Assembly (NCBI GenBank): GCA_014894395.1 | Contig: JADBLO010000072.1 | Location: 130,351-194,350, forward strand | From: Thermoplasmata archaeon | GTDB lineage: Archaea > Thermoplasmatota > E2 > DHVEG-1 | Length of the DNA: 64,000 bases | Direction: 5' to 3' | In this document: positions 56,811-64,000 of the stretch, piece by piece | How the letters are laid out: each line of letters opens with the position of its first letter | Numbering within the stretch: position 1 is the stretch's first letter | The notes under the pieces: model-generated | Told to the model about the DNA's origin: nothing | Seen by the model: the letters and a program-made list of their open reading frames with translations, nothing else | Databases searched by the model: none | Translations under genes and position numbers: made by a program

Positions 56811-59800
56811 TTATGGTGACTGTTCTCGTGTCAGGAGAATATTCAGGTCTTTTGGTGTATCACCAATAGTGAGTGTGATTTGTCCGGTGCCGGTATATGT
56901 TATATTTTGACCGCTTTCATTGACAAGTTCTTCAACACTTGCGTTATATGAGCCTGGCGCCAGTTCGGTGGTGTAATTTCCATTGCTGTCGGTTATCACG
57001 CTTTTTGCTACTGCAGTATTTTCCGCAATTCGTAAATCCTCTGAGAAGAGAATGGTCATGTTTGCTTTCCCTACACCATTGTATTTTGTAGTTCCGCTGA
57101 CAGTAACAGATACTTTGGTAGCGGCGATGTTGTAAGATGCAGTTCCTTCTCCGACGGAAACAGTTAGTTTGTCTGTAAAGGTGTATACCGTGGTTGCTGC
57201 CTCTGTTTTTTTGACGGTAACATTGTATGTTCCTGGTGTGAGTTTAGCTACGTAGAGTCCCTGAGCATCAGATGTCGCAGAAATTTGTTTTGTTGCGGTG
57301 TTGTTTTGTATTGATTTGTCAGGGGCGAATGTAACTGGGATGCTGCCAAGATTGACTGTAGCATAAGTTGTATATCCGCTGACAATGACTGGAGCATAGG
57401 TAAGGGAGATGTTAACCCAGGATGTTTTGTTTGCGGTAAGGGTAACTGTTTGTTCGGTGACGTAGTCAAGGTTTCCTGTGCTGGTATTTTGTTTTGTCGC
57501 ATTCAAGGTGTATACTCCCGGAATTAATGAGGGAAAAGAATAGGTTCCTGCGGTACCTGTAGTTATAGTGGTGACTGATTTTTGGGTGTCATCGAGTTTG
57601 GTGTAGGTGAGTTGAATTTGCACGTCGCTTGCTTCCTCACCAGTAGTGTATTTCTTATCAACATTACTATCGGTATAGACAACTCCTTTTACTTCAGCTA
57701 ATTTTGGTTTTGAGATGTTGTACGAGTTATTGCCAGGTTCAATATTGATAGGTTCTCTGTTAAGGAGGGTGTATTCATTTTCAACTGCAGAGATATTGTA
57801 TTTACTTGGGTATAAATTACTGAAAACGTAGTGTCCTTGTAGGTCTGTTGTCACCGGTTGGACCGGCCTTCCGAAATAATAATCGTTTAATTCGATGGTA
57901 ATCCCAGATAATGGGGTATCACTGGCTTGTTCGTAGGAACCGTTGTTGTTGTTATCCTGATAGACAAAACCTTCCAGGGTTGAAAGGCTCACATTGATGT
58001 TGAAGTTACGTGAATATTTCGAACCGTTGAGACGCATGGCTTCTGCGTCCGTCACTGGAGAATATAACATATTATTGGTGTTGTTAAACGTGATTTTTTT
58101 CAGGAGCACTTCGTTGGCGTAGGTGAAAAGCAGAGTGATATTGCCACCAGGTGCAAGGAGGTTGAAACTACCGTTTGCATCAGTCGCCATGTTATCGTGT
58201 GGGAACCCGTAGTCATCAAGGATTGCGACCGTTACATAGGGAAGTGTGGTGTTGTTGCAGCTGATGGAACCGTTGAAGAACGCGCCTTCATAGTACTTCG
58301 CGATGACCACTGCGCTTCTGCCTTGCCCGTAGTAGGGGTAGGGTGAAACATAGACCGGGATGAAATGCCTCATAGCATAGCAGGGGATTTGTTGATTTGG
58401 TGTTTGATAGTATCCACTCTGATCTTGTTGCGGGGGGGTACCAATGTAGGTTCGATAGAACATGGTGTTGAAATAATCTTGTTTGTTAATGGTTGTAGTT
58501 CCTGTGACGGCGATACGGTTTCGCTGCTCCTGGAGCATATCGTTGAGTTCTTTTGCCGTCCATTGACCATCAGGGCCCTGGGATCCATCTGTATTTACCG
58601 AATAACCCGTGTATATGACCTGGATGAAATCGTCCTCGGGGTTGTGGAACTGTTTTCCTGCGGTTCGAAGCGCGGTTAAAACGTTGCTTTTATCGCCAAG
58701 GAACGCGAAGATGTTGAAAATCTGCTCGTCATATCCTTCCACCCCGTAGTACCGAATGCTGTAGCCAGTGGCTTGCTGGATATCATGGTATAACCATGTG
58801 ATTTGTTCATCGGTTAAGGTATCGTTTAAAAGTTTTTCGATATCGTGATAATAAGCGTTTTCAGGATATTGCGCTCCCACGAGCAGGGTCTTGCTCAGAT
58901 TAACGTCATATTCTGCTCCGATTGCCTTCTTCTGCGAGGGAGAAAGCGCGGGATTAAGCATCCAGGATGTAATTTTGGTTGTATTGTTATTCCCAAGATG
59001 TTTCTGAAGTGCAGTAATGACTGAATCAGAGAAGGCTATGTCGTCGTTATCTTTTCGATTCCCTTCTAATAATCGGACAATCCAGACTGCGATCCCTTGT
59101 TTTTCACTTTTTGCGGTATGGAAATTAGCTGCAGGTGAAATTCCGTCTTGGAAGTTATCAGCGACGGTCGGATGCGCTCCAACCGCAACTTCGTAGAACC
59201 CGTAGTCCCACCAGGAGATAAAACCAGGTCGTTTTGATGGATCCGCGATGTTTGTGTCTTGTTTGTTTAGCCAAGCATAGGCGGCGACCCAGTATTGCTC
59301 CTTGTAAGAGCTAGAGCCGAACGCAGAGGAATGATTTTCTCCGAAGAAATCATATTTCAAATTACTCGTACCGTTTTTTGATGCAGCCGATGGTACCGCC
59401 GCATCGAGTGCGAGGTACCCATTAGGGATGAGAATAAGGAGAGCGACAAAGAGAACCCCGAAAACGTGGTAGATTCTCACGCCTTTTCGTATGCCTCGGA
59501 TACCACCGCCTGCGTTCCTTATGTTTCGTGCCATTTGTTTGTAGTCGATCTTACTAATCAAAAACCAAATAATCCATCCCGCAAGGAGGGCGATGAGGGG
59601 TACCATGTCGTTAAGGAAACGACCAGCGGTTGATGTCAGCCAGATGTTGATGACGAATAATGAAAGGATGAAGAGGTAGTCACGTCGTCCTTTCTGTTTC
59701 ACATATTGGTAGATAAGAAACGCAAAGCCAGCCCAGGCAAGCCAGTACAATACAGGGCCGTACGACATCACGGTTCTGCTCATATTATATGTTCCTGCCT

Positions 59801-60980
59801 CTGCGATCGTAAGGGATACCTTTGACCCATAAATCCCAGCACCATAGATGAGTTCTGCGATTTTCCCTAACGGCGAGAATATTGTCAATGTTTTAGGATA
59901 TGCATAGACGACGTAGAGAAATGCTGTTACGGCTCCTGCAATAACACCAATCAATGGGAGTGAAACGACCCAGGGGATTTTCTTCCGTTTGAAAAGAATA
60001 CAGAGGCCACCGAAGATTAAAACCCCTATTGCTAGATAGAAAGGAAGGTTTAAGATGACACCTCGTGCGGCGGTGACCGGCCATGAAACAAGAACTCCAG
60101 TGAATAATGCAAGGAAGATGTTGATAACAAATCGTTCTTCGAGCTTATTCATGAAAATATCTATTAAAAGTTGTACAACTGCATAAACGGTGATAATTGT
60201 GTAGAGGTATTGTGCTTCTACCCAAACCATAGAAAGAGCTGCAAGCGGGATTCCTGCGAGGAGCGCGTAGAGAATTGAGCGTTTCATATCTTTTTCCTTG
60301 ATGCTTTTAATTAAAAAGAGGAAGGTGAGGAAATATAAGAGCAGGTTGAACGAGTCGTGGTCAAACAGACCATATGCGGAACCATGTCCTGAGCTAATAT
60401 GAATAGGTATGATCGCGATGAGGAGCGCGGCGACGAGCCCGGCTTTCTTCCCGAATAATATTTTCCCGATGAAGTACACGGGGAAGACGAGCAAAGCACC
60501 AAATAACGCAGGGATAAACTCCATTGCGTACCCGATTGCATCTGCTTCACTCATAAAAGGGACAAGGAGTTTACTGAAACCGATCGCAGACATGACGAGC
60601 AACGGAGCACGACCTCCTGATTTCCCAAATGGATAGGCGAGCAGGGGATCGTTGGAAGAGAAAAAGGGAAAACGCCCGGTCTGTACTGTATTATCAACAA
60701 GCCGCATGTTATAGTACGGGTCAGGACCAGATAAATAGAACGTATCGGTCATGGTTGTTCCTGATGGGTTCATATTCACGTTTGATACGATGTTGAAATA
60801 GGAGTTCATGAATAAAACTAAGAAGAAAATTGCTATCAATGATACTCCAATCCACCAGTTTTTCTTGAATCGAAATCGCTTTCGTTCCGGGGCGTTTGCT
60901 ACGCCTACGGGTTGTGGAGTTGGAGCTGTTACTGATTGCGTTGGCGTTTTAAATTGTGCTCGTTTCCGCATACGTTTCAC
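56811..60980 (-). CDS. aglB: Oligosaccharyltransferase AglB (STT3 family) with ~500-aa C-terminal extension of four beta-sandwich (CarboxypepD_reg/Cna-B-like) domains
   Basis: 1389 aa. 13-TM N-terminal domain with GPDPYY acidic loop. Hallmark WWDYGFY motif. C-terminus has four repeats of ...TD..G.Y.F..L.PG.Y.V... Confidence 0.85.
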   Translation of the reverse strand: MKRMRKRAQFKTPTQSVTAPTPQPVGVANAPERKRFRFKKNWWIGVSLIAIFFLVLFMNSYFNIVSNVNMNPSGTTMTDTFYLSGPDPYYNMRLVDNTVQTGRFPFFSSNDPLLAYPFGKSGGRAPLLVMSAIGFSKLLVPFMSEADAIGYAMEFIPALFGALLVFPVYFIGKILFGKKAGLVAALLIAIIPIHISSGHGSAYGLFDHDSFNLLLYFLTFLFLIKSIKEKDMKRSILYALLAGIPLAALSMVWVEAQYLYTIITVYAVVQLLIDIFMNKLEERFVINIFLALFTGVLVSWPVTAARGVILNLPFYLAIGVLIFGGLCILFKRKKIPWVVSLPLIGVIAGAVTAFLYVVYAYPKTLTIFSPLGKIAELIYGAGIYGSKVSLTIAEAGTYNMSRTVMSYGPVLYWLAWAGFAFLIYQYVKQKGRRDYLFILSLFVINIWLTSTAGRFLNDMVPLIALLAGWIIWFLISKIDYKQMARNIRNAGGGIRGIRKGVRIYHVFGVLFVALLILIPNGYLALDAAVPSAASKNGTSNLKYDFFGENHSSAFGSSSYKEQYWVAAYAWLNKQDTNIADPSKRPGFISWWDYGFYEVAVGAHPTVADNFQDGISPAANFHTAKSEKQGIAVWIVRLLEGNRKDNDDIAFSDSVITALQKHLGNNNTTKITSWMLNPALSPSQKKAIGAEYDVNLSKTLLVGAQYPENAYYHDIEKLLNDTLTDEQITWLYHDIQQATGYSIRYYGVEGYDEQIFNIFAFLGDKSNVLTALRTAGKQFHNPEDDFIQVIYTGYSVNTDGSQGPDGQWTAKELNDMLQEQRNRIAVTGTTTINKQDYFNTMFYRTYIGTPPQQDQSGYYQTPNQQIPCYAMRHFIPVYVSPYPYYGQGRSAVVIAKYYEGAFFNGSISCNNTTLPYVTVAILDDYGFPHDNMATDANGSFNLLAPGGNITLLFTYANEVLLKKITFNNTNNMLYSPVTDAEAMRLNGSKYSRNFNINVSLSTLEGFVYQDNNNNGSYEQASDTPLSGITIELNDYYFGRPVQPVTTDLQGHYVFSNLYPSKYNISAVENEYTLLNREPINIEPGNNSYNISKPKLAEVKGVVYTDSNVDKKYTTGEEASDVQIQLTYTKLDDTQKSVTTITTGTAGTYSFPSLIPGVYTLNATKQNTSTGNLDYVTEQTVTLTANKTSWVNISLTYAPVIVSGYTTYATVNLGSIPVTFAPDKSIQNNTATKQISATSDAQGLYVAKLTPGTYNVTVKKTEAATTVYTFTDKLTVSVGEGTASYNIAATKVSVTVSGTTKYNGVGKANMTILFSEDLRIAENTAVAKSVITDSNGNYTTELAPGSYNASVEELVNESGQNITYTGTGQITLTIGDTPKDLNILLTREQSP

Positions 60981-61043
60981 CCTAGGATGATTACAACCGT
61001 AAATCCATGGTCTTATAAATAACTTATCTCCAAAAGAATCTCC

Positions 61044-61919
61044 TTAATTTTTGATGTGCGGGAGCGTTTTTAAGAGGAGTTCTGCGATGCAATCTGCGGC
61101 GCTGACCTTGCTGAACTCAGTTTCTATCGTGTCCGTTGAAATAATTTCATCGCAATCTGCAGACAGGAGTTTTTCTTTCGCACCACCGACAAATAATCCA
61201 TGGGTACATGCAACCGAGACTGTTTTAGCACCTTGCTTTTTCAACTCTTTAATAGAATTGGCCATAGTGCCGCCAGTGGAGATAATGTCATCGATGATAG
61301 CGACGTGTTTACCTCGGGCATCAAGTTTCTTTGGTGTTATCTTAACGGTAGTTCCATCGATACGTGTTTTCTCCAGGTAATCGTACTCGCAGTTGATGAG
61401 AGTCGCTGCTTCTTTGGCTCGGTCTTTAGCCCCCTTATCTGGTGCAAGGATAAAATCAATGTTTTTTTCTTTGAGATACTGGGCGATGGTTGAGACCGCG
61501 GAACAGCTATATGCAGGAACTGAAAAGAATTTCAGAATATGCTCCTTATGCGGATCAACAGTGATAACACAGTCAGCATGCATGCTGATGTGCTGTGCGA
61601 CAGCTCTTGAACTGATTGCTTCGCCCTCCTCGAATTTTTTATCTTGTCTGCTGTACCCAAAGTAAGGAAGGACGACCGTGATTTTCTTTGCGCCTGCATC
61701 ATGAACCGCGTCCTGCATGAGCAGGAGTTCAACAATTTTTGGATCAGGATATGCTGTTTGAACAATCAGGACGTCCTCACCTGCAATATCGTCTAACACG
61801 CGGACGTAAAATTCATCGTCAGGAAACCGTTTGTATGTTGCCTGTAGAAGCGGCTGCTGAATTTTGTTCGCAAGATTTTGTGCAACGTTTTTTGCTGATG
61901 TTCCCCCAAGTATGTACAT
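61044..61919 (-). CDS. prs: Ribose-phosphate pyrophosphokinase
   Basis: 291 aa. PRPP-binding loop IIDDIISTGGT. N-terminal PRPP synthetase domain. Confidence 0.85.
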   Translation of the reverse strand: MYILGGTSAKNVAQNLANKIQQPLLQATYKRFPDDEFYVRVLDDIAGEDVLIVQTAYPDPKIVELLLMQDAVHDAGAKKITVVLPYFGYSRQDKKFEEGEAISSRAVAQHISMHADCVITVDPHKEHILKFFSVPAYSCSAVSTIAQYLKEKNIDFILAPDKGAKDRAKEAATLINCEYDYLEKTRIDGTTVKITPKKLDARGKHVAIIDDIISTGGTMANSIKELKKQGAKTVSVACTHGLFVGGAKEKLLSADCDEIISTDTIETEFSKVSAADCIAELLLKTLPHIKN

Positions 61920-62015
61920 AATGCGACATCGTAAATGGTCGATGTCTTTTTAGTGATTTCGTAAGAAAGTTTTTATAAGAGTTTTTGCTTAATTCCTTAG
62001 AAGTGAGTGGATGAG

Positions 62016-64000
62016 ATGCGGCGACATCTATTGATACAGCCCATAGCGGTTATTCTCTTATTGATATCTGTCGTTTTTATTTACACGGCACCTGCGAGGG
62101 CCACAGCAGATAGCAACGTAGAGGCAACTATCACGTGTAGGTTTGAAACAGGGGCGCAGCTGATCGTCCGGTCGCAAATGATTGTCAATAGCATCAACGT
62201 ATTTGATACGACGTATGACAGACAAGCTATTGAGAATATGGCTACGACCAATCCGTATATCATGGGGGCAATCATGCTTCGCCTTCATGAATCAGTAAAA
62301 ACCCAGGTCGAATCAGCGTTTACCAATGCAGAGGTAGACACCATTAATGCGATGCCTTTGTATGAGAAACCATTTTTCATCGATGATTTTCGGGTGAATC
62401 TCACTGCAGCGTTTTTCCGTTACAATGGTTCCATGAATTTTACGAATTTCATTAGCGGCGTGCTCGACATGGGTGCGACAGCCACCTATCATTTTAATTT
62501 ACAAGCAGAGCATGGATGGAACACGACGTACATGTATGTGCTCCCAAGCACAATGACGCTAGCGTTCGCAAATACGCCAGATACAAATCCTGATACCAAT
62601 AAGGTCACCTGGGTGGTACGGAATTGGGATGGAAACGATACAGGAAAAGACGCAACGTTATCCATGAAATCGAAAAACCCGACAACACCGGCTTCAGAGA
62701 TCGAAGATATCGCCCTTGAATTTACCTTAGACACCAGAACAGTAGACGATATCAGTTTTACCGATTCCATTGTTGTCAAAAAAATGAACATCCACAGTTA
62801 CAATGTGTTGCCTGAGTTTATCACCGGATTAGGCATTATACCAGCGGATGGAGTACGATTATGTATCGATAGCGGACTGTTTTCCTGGACAGACCTGTTT
62901 GAAAAAACAATTCGGCCGATCGAACAACAGACCACTCCGATAATCGAGAATTCCTCTTTTCAACAAACCCTGAATTTTTCATTTACCTGGGATGCTGAAA
63001 GCACCACCAACTGTTCAACCCCGTACAACATTACCCATATGGATGACTCACCAGCGATACGCGCTGACTTCAAAGACCCTGACGTCCATCTGCAGATTTG
63101 CCAGATGCCAGCGAGAGCGTTCTTTGGATTGATGAATGCAGGGGCAACCGCGCCGATCTCATCAGCGGATGTAACCTTTGGCTCAGGGCTTGACGGAATC
63201 ATATACCCCTATGCGATCATGTTGCGTCTTCCCACAAACATCTCTCTGAACGGAGACAATGCGTATACCTGGAATAAAACAACACCTATCACCGGAACAT
63301 TCCGCTCAGGACTTCAACCAACACCCGCTTACACAGATGAATATATTGAGACGCGCGTTGAAATCGAGCTGTTGAAGATGGACTTGAACATCCCGAGTGT
63401 TTTTACTGGAAAAACCGAGTTAACGGCATCTACTAAGATGAAAGAAGATGATCGACTCTACGTGATCCGCCGGGATGGCGAACTTTCCTTTTCCCCGAAA
63501 ATAAATATGACATTTTTGAATTCAGATTCTTTCCGCCTTTGTACCGAAGAAAACGTCTTTAGCGAAAGTCAGATAAGCTCGTTTCTCTCACAGAAAACAG
63601 AGATGTTTCAACAGCGGCTGTCCGAGATCTTCCATGGACTGCGTGTGAAGGGTATAATCGACAGAAAAATTTTTTCCAATTCACTTGTGTGGGATGGAGA
63701 TATCTCTGCGATGGATAATGTTGTACCGGTCGTGGTTTCCAATTATGCAAATGAGGTATACGCAGTCGGATTCAATGTTTCGTTATGGCCTGCGGAGCTT
63801 ACGCTTGCACCGCAACGGTTTACCTTCCAGGGCGTGGAAAACCAGACCGTGACGTACCGGATTATCTTCCCACGAGGTATTACAGTCAACGCGAGTGATA
63901 GTGCGGGAAAGCCGCTTATCACAGGGAAAACAAATGATGGGCGAGATTATGTTGAGCTTTCTTTTGATGCGGAGTCAGCAACGGAATCAACCGTCCTTAC
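62016..64000 (+). CDS. Secreted, sequon-rich surface protein (partial, continues beyond window), candidate S-layer/cell-surface glycoprotein
   Basis: I translated this frame by hand from ATG 62016. It stays open to the window end (>660 aa). N-terminal signal peptide MRRHLLIQPIAVILLLISVVFIYTAPARA. At least 14 N-x-S/T sequons. Confidence 0.5.
   Translation, partial: MRRHLLIQPIAVILLLISVVFIYTAPARATADSNVEATITCRFETGAQLIVRSQMIVNSINVFDTTYDRQAIENMATTNPYIMGAIMLRLHESVKTQVESAFTNAEVDTINAMPLYEKPFFIDDFRVNLTAAFFRYNGSMNFTNFISGVLDMGATATYHFNLQAEHGWNTTYMYVLPSTMTLAFANTPDTNPDTNKVTWVVRNWDGNDTGKDATLSMKSKNPTTPASEIEDIALEFTLDTRTVDDISFTDSIVVKKMNIHSYNVLPEFITGLGIIPADGVRLCIDSGLFSWTDLFEKTIRPIEQQTTPIIENSSFQQTLNFSFTWDAESTTNCSTPYNITHMDDSPAIRADFKDPDVHLQICQMPARAFFGLMNAGATAPISSADVTFGSGLDGIIYPYAIMLRLPTNISLNGDNAYTWNKTTPITGTFRSGLQPTPAYTDEYIETRVEIELLKMDLNIPSVFTGKTELTASTKMKEDDRLYVIRRDGELSFSPKINMTFLNSDSFRLCTEENVFSESQISSFLSQKTEMFQQRLSEIFHGLRVKGIIDRKIFSNSLVWDGDISAMDNVVPVVVSNYANEVYAVGFNVSLWPAELTLAPQRFTFQGVENQTVTYRIIFPRGITVNASDSAGKPLITGKTNDGRDYVELSFDAESATESTVL

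Overview
The window reads as an archaeal chromosomal segment. EF-1alpha, rps10, prefoldin beta, a PcrB-type GGGP synthase, AglB/STT3, split GMP synthase and an M. jannaschii-like TyrRS are all present, and the EF-1alpha sequence resembles that of Thermoplasma. My lineage guess is a Thermoplasmatota-like anaerobe with gyrase, but I cannot confirm that without a database search. It is gene-dense, mostly housekeeping, with 3 tRNAs, no rRNA and no CRISPR array. The main features: (1) An nrdR-nrdD-nrdG-trxB cluster on the minus strand. NrdD is interrupted by a 332-aa LAGLIDADG intein, and two candidate NrdR boxes lie upstream. (2) gyrB-gyrA. GyrA carries a 453-aa LAGLIDADG intein inserted before the GKYHPHGD motif, not at the mycobacterial site next to the active-site Tyr. 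GyrA also ends in a histone-H1-like K/P-rich tail. (3) tuf-rps10-tRNA-Ser-tRNA-Arg. (4) An N-glycosylation neighbourhood: a 1389-aa AglB with four C-terminal beta-sandwich domains, two tandem phosphohexomutase paralogs plus a sugar-phosphate nucleotidyltransferase, and a sequon-rich secreted protein running off the window end. (5) Several secreted or membrane proteins of unclear function: a LemA plus GIDE-like pair, two clan-CD (caspase/legumain/gingipain-like) peptidase candidates, a membrane-anchored DUF362-like protein after an ABC transporter, and a membrane protein with an NPP1-like HxxxDWE motif. (6) A flavodoxin-ferredoxin gene broken by a 1-nt frameshift. (7) A TyrRS with a ~45-aa low-complexity insertion in its KMSKS loop. 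All calls are from reading the ORF translations and DNA by eye. No database searches were possible.
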